A stretch of DNA of 64,000 nucleotides from contig NW_027252668.1 in NCBI RefSeq assembly GCF_044704955.1, forward strand, positions 11,904,001 through 11,968,000, written 5' to 3'. Under the pieces are notes generated by a model, which saw only the letters and a list, made by a program, of their open reading frames with translations, ran no database searches and was not told the DNA's origin. The position numbers and the translations under genes are program-made. Below, in pieces: positions 12,850 through 24,764 of the stretch (the stretch's first letter is position 1; each line of letters starts with the position of its first letter). Source of the DNA: Pristiophorus japonicus (Eukaryota).

Positions 12850-13131
12850 TCACTTGTGAACTACCAAATCAGATGACTGAGTGAATCCTTCCCACACTTC
12901 CCCAGTGTGAACTCGCTGGAGTTTCAGCAGTACGGATGACTGAGTGAAGCCCTGTCCATATATGGAGCAGGAGAACGGCCTCTCTCCGGTGTGACTTTGA
13001 CAATGCATTTCACGATCAGACGGGGAACTGAATCCCTTCCCACAATCTCCACATTCCCAAGGTTTCTCCATGGTGTTAGTGTCCTTGTGCCCTCCAGATT
13101 GGGCGATCAGTTGAAATTTCGTCCTCACCAT
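12850..13131 (-). pseudogene. C2H2 zinc-finger pseudogene fragment
   Basis: KPWECGDCGKGFSSPSDREMHCQSHTGERPFSC is one intact finger with linker. The following fingers have lost Cys/His ligands. Confidence 0.85.
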
Positions 13132-13156
13132 CAGTCGACTTAGTGAGTGTCAGCAG

Positions 13157-14110
13157 GATTTCCACTGTGGTTGGCATCAGAGCCGAGTCCAATCCTACCC
13201 TCAAATGACATCCATACACTTCCCAATTGATGTCACTGGATCAGTATTACGAGCAATTGCAGTGGCTAAATTTTACTCTTATTTACCCCAGTGGTACTGA
13301 GGACAATTATAACCCCTGAACTGCTGCCTTGGCTGAGATCTTCTACCAGCCCAGATCAAGGACCAAACTTGGCACCTTCCCAGTCAGTATTGCAGAGTAT
13401 TCTAAAATCTGGGAGCTGAGGGAGGGTAAGAAAGAATATTTTGAAAAAATTTTACTCCACCTTTAAACAAATCCTTTGTCAAACTGCACAATTCTGAAAT
13501 TTTGACTAATTAGACAAGCAAGCCAAATGGATTTTAAAAACAATGTGACATTTTAGAAAGGCTCAATTCACTGAAATAGACAGCTTTACAATCACAGTAC
13601 AGTACAGAAGGGAACGAATGGTAATGGTAGCTCGGTTCGTGAAGTCTGCCAACACTCTGAGATAAACTGGACTGTTCCTTTAAGTATAAATAGGCAGAGA
13701 AAAGAGAGTCCCTGTGCGTTTAAATAGCTACGCGATTCCCCCGGGCAGTAGGAGGAGCAACGGCACGTTATCTCTTGAGATACTGAAACAACAAACACCG
13801 CCCGATGGCTTTCCGCGGGTTCCTAAAGTGCGAGGAAATAAAATTGCATCAGGTTAAGTGCAGCAACTGAAAAGAATGCACACAGAGTCGTTGCTATGTG
13901 TGTGTGTGTGTGTGTTTAAACAAAATACATCATTCGAAATGTTTGATAGAGACAAGCTATTATCTGCACCAGTTATTTTCTTGCATTTTATTTCCTATTA
14001 TTTACAATGCAATTGCAGAGTGTTTAATTCATTTACCATTTATTGATGACCCATTGTCTTGTGTGCTGTTGAATAGAAAGTGATGTCACAATGACCATTC
14101 TGTTACCAAG
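13157..14110 (-). repeat. Right arm of the inverted duplication
   Basis: Colinear reverse-complement similarity to 11122-12043, including the (CA)n/(TG)n tract. Confidence 0.9.
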
Positions 14111-14279
14111 GTGACCAGGTCTGCCCGTAGTGTTCAGTGGGAATGGGATTACATCTTTGCTCTGGGATTTGGAAGCTGTGGGAACATTGGCACAAAATCA
14201 TACGTTTTAATGTGAAATATATCTGTTTTCTCACATGTCGAGCGGCTGTGAGAAATGGAACTTTGATTAAAGAATGGCG

Positions 14280-14367
14280 GGGCTCGTCCGCGATTTGGAC
14301 CCGGGACCTCTCGCATATCAAATGTGATCATCCCGAAGCAAGAATCAAACCCCGACACCAAAGAGCC
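14280..14367 (-). tRNA. tRNA-Pro(CGG)-like gene with 16-nt intron (14316-14331); probably a pseudogene
   Basis: GGCTCTTTGGTGTCGGGGTTTGATTCTTGCTTCGGG-[ATGATCACATTTGATA]-TGCGAGAGGTCCCGGGTCCAAATCGCGGACGAGCCC; 72+16 nt, with substitutions in stems and T-loop. Confidence 0.88.
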
Positions 14368-14610
14368 ACCGACAGTGATTTGCGTAGTTCTCAGATTCTG
14401 ACGGGAGTGAGAAAAGGTATTTGGCCCATCGTGCTTGTGTTGTCCCTCAGAGACCTATCTAATTATTCCCTCTCTCCATAGTCCTACAAATGTTACTCCT
14501 TTGACGATTATATTTTTAGTTTGAGACATGACATGAGCAAAGTGCAGCATCCTTGTCAGTTAATGGGAAATTTGGCCTTGAGGTTAATTGTGATTGAAAA
14601 AACACAATAA

Positions 14611-14692
14611 GAACGAAAATGGGATTTGAATCCGTGTGTGCAGAGAACAATTAATTAGCAGTCCATCGCCTCAACCTCTCGACCACCTCGTC
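14611..14692 (-). tRNA. tRNA-Ser(GCT) pseudogene
   Basis: GACGAGGTGGTCGAGAGGTTGAGGCGATGGACTGCTAAT...; 82 nt, no intron, stem mismatches. Confidence 0.85.
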
Positions 14693-14929
14693 TCTTATTT
14701 ACCCCCGCGTCAGCCTTTTAATCTCCTGCTTTTTGTATCCAAACACAAATAATGTGCTGGGAAATCCACTTCACAGCTTGCTCCGCCCGTGCAACCAATT
14801 CGACAATGATCAAAACGTGCTATTAGATTGTGAAAGCAAACAGCCTCACTTTACTTCCAGTGAGTGATTGGAAGCGATGGTTGGTTTTTCGGCAGAATTA
14901 TAAGAAAGCATATCACGCAGCGAATTAAT

Positions 14930-15018
14930 TGACCGCCGCAGGACTTGAACCTGCAATTTTGCAATAAAGTCTCAGCTACAATCGAAGTCAAACACCTTAT
15001 CAATTAAGCCACGCGGTT
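14930..15018 (-). tRNA. tRNA-Arg(TCG) pseudogene with 16-nt intron
   Basis: AACCGCGTGGCTTAATTGATAAGGTGTTTGACTTCGA-[TTGTAGCTGAGACTTT]-ATTGCAAAATTGCAGGTTCAAGTCCTGCGGCGGTCA; 73+16 nt. Confidence 0.85.
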
Positions 15019-15888
15019 TCTGCCATGACCGCACCCTTTCTTGTTGTGACAATTGGGAGCTAATTTGGAGCGACTGCTGTATGAAGGAGTGGATTTCAGA
15101 AACATTGAGCGGATTTCGAGTAAATGAACAGATGCATTGCGATCTGTGTGCGCACCGGTGCAGGCAACCCTATTTTAACTTGGAACACAGCAGTTTATCA
15201 ATTCGGTCATTGCAGCTGAAATCACACTCCTTCTCAAACTATAAAGGATGAGGTGGGATTATGAGAAAATCAGTCTTAAATGGAGAGATTATGAAACGAA
15301 ACTGACAACCATCCTGTTTAAACAGGCACAGAATGATGCGGGACTGCAAGCACATCCCTTTTACACAACTGTGGAAAGACTCCTGACTGACAGCAATTCC
15401 CTTTTAAAAGAATAAGGTGAGATTGCTATAATCACTGAAGACAATTGTGCAGGCAGAACAAAAAAGCACATTTATTTTGGAAGTTAAAAAGTTGGGATTG
15501 GATATAAATATACATTTATACATACAAAGTCAGTCAGTGTTGTGTTGTCTTAATTTGAAAATAAGGGTGGAGGATGTCATCATGTCACACAGCCCACACG
15601 CAAGCCCTCGATAAAATCGCTATATTTCTAACTAGTTTATTTTCCCTTCTTTCAGATGTGGAATAGCAAAATCCCACAGCAGATTCTATTACCGTCAGAT
15701 AATCCACGAAGGAGTGTTCAATCAAATCAGTATGGTTTCAAGCTGCATGTAATGCATTTTTCTCACATGACAGTAAGATCGCACAGCACGCTTGCACACA
15801 CACTCGCTTACACAAACACACAAACAAACTAAAATTCCTGCACCCTCTAAAGGCAGTTTTAGAAATTTGAAATTTGAACTCCGGGACA

Positions 15889-16055
15889 GACAGCACATCG
15901 CTTTTAAACAGACACAGCATGATGCAGAGCTGATCGCACACCATTTTAAACAGACACACAATGATGCGGGTCTGATAGCACAGCATTTTAAATAGACAGA
16001 GAATGATCCCGGACAGACAGCACGTCACCTTCAGAGGGACACGGAAACAGAATGA
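15889..16055. repeat. ~42-bp tandem repeat (GACAGCACATCNCTTTTAAACAGACACAGAATGATGCGGGNCT), about 4 units
   Basis: Units start near 15889, 15932, 15974 and 16016. Related units occur near 15300, 17945, 19810, 38840, 45095 and 50110. Confidence 0.75.
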
Positions 16056-16913
16056 ATATAAACAAATAAATATGTAAAGCTCAGCAGGTCGTGCAGATTC
16101 TGTGGATGAAGAACCCGGATTCACGTTCTGTCGGATAATCATTCCTATATTTTAGGAAAAAGTTCAAGATTACAGATTTTTTTCAAAAAAATAGCGCCTG
16201 AAAATAATACGCAGCGAGAAACGTCAAATGGGAACGTCTGTGATACAGTGTAACGCAGGAGTGATTAAATAATAAATGGCGCAATGGAGAAAGGCAAAGT
16301 GGGGGTTTATCGGGCAATAACGTAACAAAGGATGGTCCAGAGGAGGTGTTCGTGGGAATAGCAGAACCATTATCAGACAATGGGAGCGGTGCTTATCACC
16401 CGATACGTTGAACCTCATGTTGAGGCCAGAAGACTATAACATGCCTGCAATATAAGGTGTCAACGCTTTTTTATCAGACCAAGATGCTTGGCCACCCCGG
16501 ATTGATTTCCTGTCCGCTCTGAATTCGGCAACCAAGAGAATAATTCAAAAGCCAGCTTCTCACATCTTTTCAGCTCTCGAGAAACAGGACGCATTCATAT
16601 TCAGGGCAGAGGTGCAGATTGACGCTGAATGTATGCTTATCCCAATTGAGGTGAACTGATGCGTACAGACAGGAAGATATACTGATCAATTATTGGCGGC
16701 AACTAAACACAGGCTTCGGTTATCCAACGAGTCACAGAGCCGAGTACCTCTGAGATACTTTAACTTTACTCAGTTGTGTGAGTTTCACTTTGCTCTGGGA
16801 TTTGGAAGCTGTGGGAACAATCGGCGCAAAATCACACGTTTTATTGTGAAATATATCTGTTTTCTCACATGTCAAGCTGCTGTGAGGAGCGGAACTTTGA
16901 ATAAAAAATGGCG

Positions 16914-17000
16914 GGGCTCGTTCAGGATTTAGCCCGAGACCTGTCGCATTGCAAATGTGATCATTCCTAAGGGAGATTCATACCCCGATACCAACGAGCC
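16914..17000 (-). tRNA. tRNA-Pro(AGG) pseudogene with 16-nt intron
   Basis: GGCTCGTTGGTATCGGGGTATGAATCTCCCTTAGGA-[ATGATCACATTTGCAA]-TGCGACAGG...ACGAGCCC, followed by a T6 run (A6 at 16903-16908 on +). Confidence 0.85.
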
Positions 17001-17265
17001 GCCGACGGTGAAGAGCGCAGCTCTCAGATTCTGACTGTAGTGAGAAAAGATATTAGGCCCATCATGCCTGCGCTGTCCCTCAGCGACCTATCGAATTAGT
17101 CCCCCTCTCCGCAGTTCCACAAATGTTTTCCTGTTGACGAATATATTATTAATTTGAGACATGACATGATCAAAGTGCAGCATCCTTGTCAGTGAAAGGT
17201 AAATTCGGCGATGAGGTTAATGTGATTGACAAAGTGACCAGGTGAGTCAAAGCTGAACACAAATA

Positions 17266-17347
17266 CGACGAGGATGAGATTCGAACACATGCGTGCAGAA
17301 CAACATTGATTAGCAGTCCATCGCCTTAACGTCTCGGCCACCTCGTC
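17266..17347 (-). tRNA. tRNA-Ser(GCT) pseudogene
   Basis: GACGAGGTGGCCGAGACGTTAAGGCGATGGACTGCTAATC...TTCGAATCTCATCCTCGTCG; 82 nt. Confidence 0.88.
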
Positions 17348-17588
17348 TCTTATTCAGCCAAGCGTCAGCCTTTCAATCTTCTGCTTTTTGTATCCCAACA
17401 GAAATAATGTCGAAGAAAGTCCAATTCACAGCTTGCTCTGCCCGTGCATGCAGATCGACAATGATGAAAACGTGCCATTAGAATCTTAAAGCAAACAGCC
17501 TTCCTTTACTTCAGGTGAGTGACTCGAAGAGATGGTTGCTTTTTCGGCAGAATCGCAACAAATATAAAATTTCACGCAGCGAGTTAAT

Positions 17589-17677
17589 TGACCGTGGCAA
17601 GATACAAATCTGCAATGTTTTGATAAGTTCGCGGTTATAATCGAAGTCAGAGGCCGTATCCATTCAACCACGCGGCC
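17589..17677 (-). tRNA. tRNA-Arg(TCG) pseudogene with 16-nt intron
   Basis: GGCCGCGTGGTTGAATGGATACGGCCTCTGACTTCGA-[TTATAACCGCGAACTT]-ATCAAAACATTGCAG...CACGGTCA. Confidence 0.85.
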
Positions 17678-18344
17678 GCTGCCACCATCATATAATGTGT
17701 TGTTGTGCATATTGAGAGCAAAATCAAGGAGTGGATTGAGGAAAAGATGAGCATGTTTCGAGTCAATGAACAGATGCACTGCGATCTGGGTGCGTACCCG
17801 GCACAGGAAACCGCAATGTAAATTGGAACACAACAGTTTAACAATTCGGTCATTGCAGCTGAAATCATACTCCTTCTCAAACGATACAGGATGACCCGGG
17901 TTTATGAGAAAATCCTTTTTAAAGAGGAAGATTATGAACCGGAACTGACAACCAGCATTTTTAAACAGACACAGAATGCAATGTGATCCCTTTTACCCAG
18001 ATGCAGAATCACCCTTGACTGTCCTCAGAACCCTTTTAAAAGAATAAAGTGAGATTGCTATCATCACTGAAGGTAATTGTGCTGTGGAGCTCAGGACCAC
18101 GAGGGGCAGATAAGGTTATTGAAGCAACAGGTGATAGACAGGCAGGAAGCAGGGAGGGACGTAAAACCAGCCCAGACTGAAAGCCAATTTACAAATATAT
18201 TAAACATTTTAAGAAAATAAATACATTTCAATTTTATTTTTAAAAAAGCGAATTTGATTTGTTTTAAATAAATAAATAATTGATTCATAATCTAGATATT
18301 TTTTGATTGAACGAAGGCTGTGTGACTGGAAGAATTCCATTGGA

Positions 18345-19110
18345 AATGAGCGGGTCCCTCTCATCAACAAAGGCAGACATTGATGTGGAGATTCAGCAAC
18401 GCCTTCAGTGCTCCTGTGCAGCTTTCAGCCGCCTGCGGAAAAAACTGTTTGAAGACCAGTCCCTCAAATCTACCACCAAACTCATGGTCTACAGGGCTGT
18501 AATAATACCCGCCCTCCTGTATGGGTCTGAGGCATGGACGATGTGCAGAAGGCACCTCAGGTCGCTGGAGATATATCATTAACGATATCTCCGCAAGATC
18601 CTGCAAATCACCTGGGAGGACAGGCGCATCAACATCAGTGTCCTCGACCAGGGTAACATCCCCAGTATTGAAGCACTGTCCACACTCGATCAGCTTCGCT
18701 GGGCAGCCCACATAGTACGCATGCCAGATGTGAGACTCCCTAAGCAATGCTTTATGTGGAGCTTCTTCATGGTAAACGACCCAAAGGAGGACAGCGTAAA
18801 CATTATAAGAACACCCTCAAAGCCTCGCTGGTAAAGTACGACATCACCACTGACACCTGGGAGACTCTGGTCGCAGATCGCCCAAGGTGGAAAAAATCCA
18901 TCCGAGAGGGCGTTGAGCTCTTTGAGGCTCGATGCAAGGAACATGAAGAGCCCAGGCGCACGCAGCAGAAGGAGCGTGTGGCAAACCAGCCCTACCGACC
19001 CCTTACCCTGACGAATGTCTGTCCCAACTGTGAAACGGTCTGTGGCTCTCGTATCGGACTGCTCAGCCATCAAAGAATTCTCTTTGGGAGTGGAAGCAAT
19101 CCTCCATAGG
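18345..19110 (+). mobile_element. RTE-clade LINE 3' fragment
   Basis: EIQQRLQC...TKLMVYRAVIIPALLYGSEAW; GKRPKGGQRKHYK; terminal CPNC..CGSRIGLLSHQR finger. Confidence 0.88.
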
Positions 19111-19149
19111 ACCCCTGGACCTGTTGGCTTATATCCTGTGGATACAACC

Positions 19150-19540
19150 AATGCACCCATAGGATATAAGCCATCAGGTCCAGGGGAATTGTCTGCCTTT
19201 AGTCCCATTATTTTATCTTATACTACTTCTTTAGTGATAATGATAGTATTAAGTTCCTCCCTCCAGATAGCCCTTGGATTATCCACTATTTGCATGTTTT
19301 TACTGACTTCTACCGTGAGAACTGAAACAAAATATTTGTTCAAAGTCTCTGCCATTTCCCTGTTCTCGATTATTAATTCCCCAGTCTCATACTCCAGGAG
19401 ACTAACATTTACTTCAGCCATTATTTTCCTTTTTCCATACCTGTCGGAACTCTTACTATCTCTTTTTTATATTTCGTTCAAGTTAACATTCATATTTTTA
19501 GTTGTTCTTTGCTGGATTGCAAAAATGTCCCAATCCTCTG
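19150..19540 (-). mobile_element. CR1 ORF2 fragment
   Basis: EMAETLNKYF and KADNSPGPDG motifs. Confidence 0.8.
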
Positions 19541-19668
19541 GACTCGTGCGAGTGGATGATTGGCTGAGCGTGTCAGAAGAGGTGGCCTAAAATTTGCTGC
19601 AAAATAATTACACCTCAAATGACCTCCAAACAGAGCGGATTACGTGCCAATGTCTACAGCTACTGACT

Positions 19669-19751
19669 CATTGTAAACAGGGCTCGAACTTACTCAGAAG
19701 CAATTCGATTATATTCCTAATCCAACGATTTAACCACCCAGCCACGGCAGC
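19669..19751 (-). tRNA. Very degenerate tRNA-Ser-like relic
   Basis: GCTGCCGTGGCTGGGTGGTTAAATCGTTGGATT...GTTCGAGCCCTG aligns by eye with the Ser(CGA) copies; length fits a long variable arm. Confidence 0.5.
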
Positions 19752-19984
19752 TAGCACGTCGCATTTTTTTAAACAAACACTGAATGAAGTAGCATTGAGA
19801 GCGCAAACCTTTTAAACAGATGAAGACTGATCCGAGACTGACAATACAACAATTTGATGTCGCTGTATTACACAATAGAAAGCGGGAATGGCTGAATCGC
19901 TTTCGGTGGGAATGAAATGATGTACTCCCTGCTTGTCTCAGCTAATCAGCTTGTTGGTCAAGGGATATGATTGTCACTTAGATA

Positions 19985-21300
19985 GGAAAATCATGGAACC
20001 CTTACTAATGGAGAAAATAGAAGAACATCTAGAAACCAAAAGTATAAAAATGAATAATCAGCATGGATTTCAACAGGGAAAGTACTGCTGGACCAAACTC
20101 ATAATTTTTGAAGAGGTTATCGAGTGGGTAGACATTGATCATGCAATAAGTGTATGGTATCTCGATTTTCAAAAGTCCCTCGCTATGATACCCAATAATA
20201 GCCTGCTGAGCAACGTCAGGGGATAAGCAGCAGAATGTACAGCGAGGTAGCTTCAAGACTAAAATCAGATTTGGAGGTAAAAGGCAGATATTTACATGGG
20301 TAGTGGTATTCCAAAAGGATCAATGCTGGAACCACTATTGTTCACTATTTATATTAACGATTTAGAATTTGGAACTAAAAACAGAATTTCCAAATTTGTC
20401 AATGATACCAAATTGGAGGGAATTTATACTGAGGAGGCCTGCAACAAATTAAGGACAACATTAATAAACACGCAGAATGGGCATATAATTTTCAATTAAG
20501 TTCCATACACATACATGTGAGGTATTACATTTTGGTAGGAAGAATATGGAGGTCACTTATTACTTAGAACAAACGACTCTAGGTGGAGTAGAGGAACAAT
20601 AGAATCTCTGAGTACAACTGCATAAATCACAAAAATTGTGACAGAGTTTAGCAAGGCAAAATAAAGGTAACTAAGCAGTGGAGGTTATTTCTAGTGGTAT
20701 AGAATTGCAAAATAGGAAGGTTATGCTAAACTTGTATTGAACCTCGGTTAGACCACACTTAGAGTACTGCATGCAGTTCTAGTCATCCTATTATTAAGAT
20801 GATATAGAGGCATTTGGGAGGGTGCAGAGAAGGTTTATACGGATGCTACCAGAAATGGGAGGTTATTCATAAGTGGAAATAATGAACAAGCTGGGTCTCT
20901 TTTCTCTTGAAGATTGATCTATAGGGGTGACCTAATAGATTTAGTTAAAATTTTGAAAGATTTTGATCGAGTGTTTATAAAGAGAATGTTTTCACATGTG
21001 GGGAAGAGCATAACTGGAGGCCACCAATATAAGATAGTCATCAAGAAATCCAGAAATCAAATAGAGAATTCAGAAGCAACTTCTTTCTGGAAAGAGTGAT
21101 GAGAATGTGGAACTGAAAAGCGTTGGAGTGGTTCAAGCGAATAGTATAGATACATTTAAGGAGAGGCTATACAAGCATATGATGTAGAAAGGAATAGATG
21201 GCAATGATGATAGATTTAAATCAAGAAAGACTCCAAAATATTCGAGTGGAACATAAACGCTGGCATGGTCAGAATAGCCAGAATGGCAGTATACGCTATG
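19985..21300 (+). mobile_element. Old degraded CR1 RT and 3' region
   Basis: QHGFQQGK, YLDFQK, GIPKGSML and SKFVNDTKL remnants. Confidence 0.8.
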
Positions 21301-21369
21301 CTGTCCTTTGTAAGCCTATTTAATTCAGTTATCTGCAGCATTATGTATTGGATTCAATGACAAGCTCTC

Positions 21370-22450
21370 TGTGTATAGGTTGGAGTGTCTGGTTCACTGT
21401 AAGAACTTTCTGTTTCTGTGTAATAGTTTCTGGGTCTCTTTAAGTGCTGTCTGGATCTGTGTTGCAGCTGCCTGTTTCAGATTTTGAGCTGACTGTGTCT
21501 GTTTAAGCGTTGTCCGGTTTTGTGTAGGTGCGTCGGGGTTTGTATTGCAGCTCCATGTGTCAGGTTTGGAGCTGACTGTGTCTGTGCAAGAGTTGTCTCT
21601 GTTTGTGCCGGAGAGTCTGCGTCTGTGTTGGAGTGTGTCTGTCTGTGTTTGATCTCCCTGGGTCAGTGTGGTTCTGCATTGAGCTTTTTGATTCAGTACC
21701 GGTGCTGCCTTGATCTTTAAATGAGGTGTCTGCATGTCCGAAGCGAGCTGTGTTGCTCGGTGAACGAGCAGTCTGGTCCTTTCTCGGAACAGTCTGCGCC
21801 TGTGTAAGAACTGCTTATATCTGTGTAGGAGCTCTTGGATCTGTGTTGGTGATGCCTTGGCCAGGGTAGAGCTGTCTATGTCGATGTAGGAGGGAATTAA
21901 TCAGTCTCGGAGATCCCTATGTCTTTGAACGGAGCTGTATGGGTTTGTGTAGGAAAGTTTGTGGCTGTGCTGTTAATCCCTGCTTCAGTGTAGCACCTGC
22001 CTGGTTCTGCATAATAGCTGCCTACTTTCGCGAAGGAAATGTCAGTGTCTCTGTCGAAGCTCTCTGGAAATGTGTTGGTGTTGTCTGCGGCTGATGAGGA
22101 CATGTTTGCTCCTGTGTAGGTATGCTGGGTCTGTGAAAGGAACTGTCTGAGTCTGTACGCAAGCATTTTGATGCTGTGTATGCGCTTTGCCTGTCTGCAC
22201 AGGAGTGTATGGATCTGTGCAGTAATGTCTGACTCGGTGTAGGATCAGTACTCCTCTGTACTGGAGCTGCCTGGCTCTGTTTCGCCGCTGTCTGGGTCGG
22301 TGCAGGAAAAGTCTGGATCTGTGAAGGTAGATTGTGGGACAGTGTCGGAAGATTGTGAATCTGTGAAGGTAGAGTCTTGGATTGTGAAAGAGCCGTCTGA
22401 ATATTGTTGCAGCTGTCTGGCTCTGTGAAGGAATAGTCTGCGGCTGTGAA
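21370..22450. repeat. Degenerate ~21-bp tandem repeat (approx. TCTGTGTAGGAGCTGTCTGGA)
   Basis: Recurrent GCTGTCTGG/ATCTGTG words at about 21-nt spacing and strong G/T strand skew. Confidence 0.65.
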
Positions 22451-23212
22451 AGTACATAGAAATCTAGATATCCATAGCGCTGTAGGAGGCCACTTCGGCC
22501 CTTTGATCAACAACCCTGAAGGCTATATATGAACCTGTGAAGTATGACAATGGCGGAAAGATAAAGAACGCCCAGCCCAGTAATTCCGCCCCACACAACT
22601 TCTACACACCTTGCACCGAACAAGTATACACACCACCCCAACCCGAGACTTGCGAACGCATGGGAGAAGCAAAAAAGCAGAAAAAAAAACAGGCTAATTG
22701 TGGGAAAAAAATCTGTTAAAATTCCTGTCCATCTACGCGATCAAAATTAGTCCAAGAGATCAACTTGGTCGTATTGGAATCCCTGCAGTACTTACCATCG
22801 TATCTGCGCCAGCCAACAAAAGGTTATCCAACCTAATCCCACTTACCAGCTCTCGGTCCGTAACTCTGCTGGTTACAGCAAGGACATTGTACTTGACTGT
22901 ATAAAACATTGTTTATGCCGCTGCTGGAGTACTGTGTGCTGTTCTGGTCACCACATTTAAAAAAAAAGATGTGATTGCGCTGGAAAGGTTACTGAGGAGA
23001 TTTACAAAAAAAGTTGCCTGGATTGGAGAATTTTGGTGATGAGGAAAGATTGGAAATGCTGAGTCTGTATTCTTTGGACCAGAGGAGGCAGAGGGGAGAC
23101 TATATTGAGGTGTATAACTTTATGAGGACCCTAGATAGAGTTGGTAGGAAGGTCCTGTTTCCCTTTGCAGAGTGGTCAACAACCAGGGGGAATCGATTTA
23201 AACTAATTTTGG

Positions 23213-24012
23213 GTTGGACCAATTCCCCTATCTCGGGCGCCTCCTATCAACAAGAGCAGGCATTGATGACGAGATCCAACACCGCCTCCAGTGTGCCAGT
23301 GCAGCCTTCGGCCGCCTGAGGAAAAGAGTGTTTGAAGATGAGTCCCTCAAAACTTTCACCAAGCTCATGGTCGACAAGGCTGTAGTAATACCCACTCTCC
23401 TGCATGGCTCAGGGACGTGGACTATGTACAGTAAACACCTCAAGTCACTGGAGAAATGCCACCAGCGATGTCTCCTTGAGATCCTGCAAATCCCCTGGCA
23501 GGACAGACGCACAAACATTTGCGTCCTGGTCCAGGACATCATCCCCAGCAGTGCACCACTTACCACACTTGATCAGCACACCTGGGTTGGCCACATGCCA
23601 CACACGAGATTGCCATAGCAAGCGCTCTTCTCGGAACTCGTCCACGGCAAATGAGCCAAAGGCGGACAGAGGAAAAGTTAAAAAGACACCCTCAAAGCCT
23701 CCATGATAAAGTGTGACATCCCCACTCTGACCTGGGAGTCCTTGGCCATAGATCGCCCTAAGTGGAGGAAGTGCCTGCGGGAGTGTTCTGAGTTCCTCGA
23801 GTATCGTCGCCGAGAGCAGGCAGAAATCACGTGCAGGCAGCGGAAGGAGCTGCGGCAAACCAGGCTCCCTTCCCATCCTTTCCCTCAACGACTGTCTGTC
23901 TGACCTGTGACAGAGACTGTGGTTCCCGTATTGAACTGTACAGCCATCTAAGAACACATGCTAAGAGTGGAAGCTAGTCTTCCTCGATTCCGAGGGACTG
24001 CCTATGATGATG
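23213..24012 (+). mobile_element. RTE-clade LINE 3' fragment with (TGA)n tail, inside an old CR1 (from ~22880)
   Basis: FPYLG...EIQHRLQCASAAFGRL; ends GGGACTGCCTATGATGATGA. Confidence 0.88.
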
Positions 24013-24404
24013 AATTAGGGGGAGGTTTAGAACAGCTGTGAGGATAAATGTCTTTACCCAGGGCGACGTTGTAGTCGGGAAATCAAAGCCTCAATGCGGC
24101 AGAAACCCTCACACATTTTAAAAATACTTGGATGCCATTTAAATTGCTGTAACCCATTTGACGGACTTAGAGCTGGCAAATGGGAATTAGGCTGGAAAGC
24201 TCTTGTTCGGCCTCCTCGGGCACTATTGGCTGAAATGGCCTCCTTCCATGCTGTACATTTTTTCATTTCCTGCACTGCAAAGTGATCACATTTTAAAAGT
24301 AATTAATTTGCTCTGGACTGCTTTGGGAAGTGCTGAGGTGAAAGTCGCTATAGGAATGCTATCATTTTAATGTAAAAGTACCACAAGAAAGTACATAGCA
24401 TGAC

Positions 24405-24468
24405 GACCGGTTGCCTCACTCGGTGAGCGCTTGATGTTACTAACGCCAAATTGGCGAGTTCGGGGCCA
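24405..24468 (+). tRNA. tRNA-Ile(AAT)-derived pseudogene (module B copy 1)
   Basis: GACCGGTT...TAACGCCAA...GTTCG.GGCCA resembles vertebrate Ile-AAT, with a deletion in the T arm. Same position as the copies at 41415 and 47749. Confidence 0.6.
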
Positions 24469-24764
24469 TTTATTTTATTTTTGGTGGTGTAGTTGGGCTG
24501 CAAGCATTTTAGAGCAGCTTAAACATTCCGGAACAAAACTCACACCAAACCTCTAATACATTGAAGCAATGCTGCAAAACATTAGTTATGCCGAGAGCTG
24601 GTGGCCCTGCCGAGTGTTTCCAGCATTAAATGAACAATTTCATATCCTCCGGGGATTTGTGACTTCTCGGATTTCAATCAGTGAAAGGCTCACTGCCGCT
24701 GATTGGTTTGTAGTGCAAAGTATGGAACTGCTCTAAATACAATTCCACTGCGTAATCCCTCATT

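Larger units (their letters stand above)
14155..15450. repeat. Module A copy 1 (~1.3 kb; Pro, Ser-GCT and Arg-TCG tRNAs)
   Basis: Starts CTTTGCTCTGGGATTTGGAAGCTGTGGG, as at 16788, and stays colinear to AATTGTGC. Confidence 0.92.
16788..18082. repeat. Module A copy 2
   Basis: Direct repeat of 14155-15450 at an offset of about 2.63 kb. Confidence 0.92.

Noticed and set aside
16440-16780. Possible LTR-retrotransposon protease fragment
   Set aside because: No convincing DTG/DSG motif could be read in any frame I checked.
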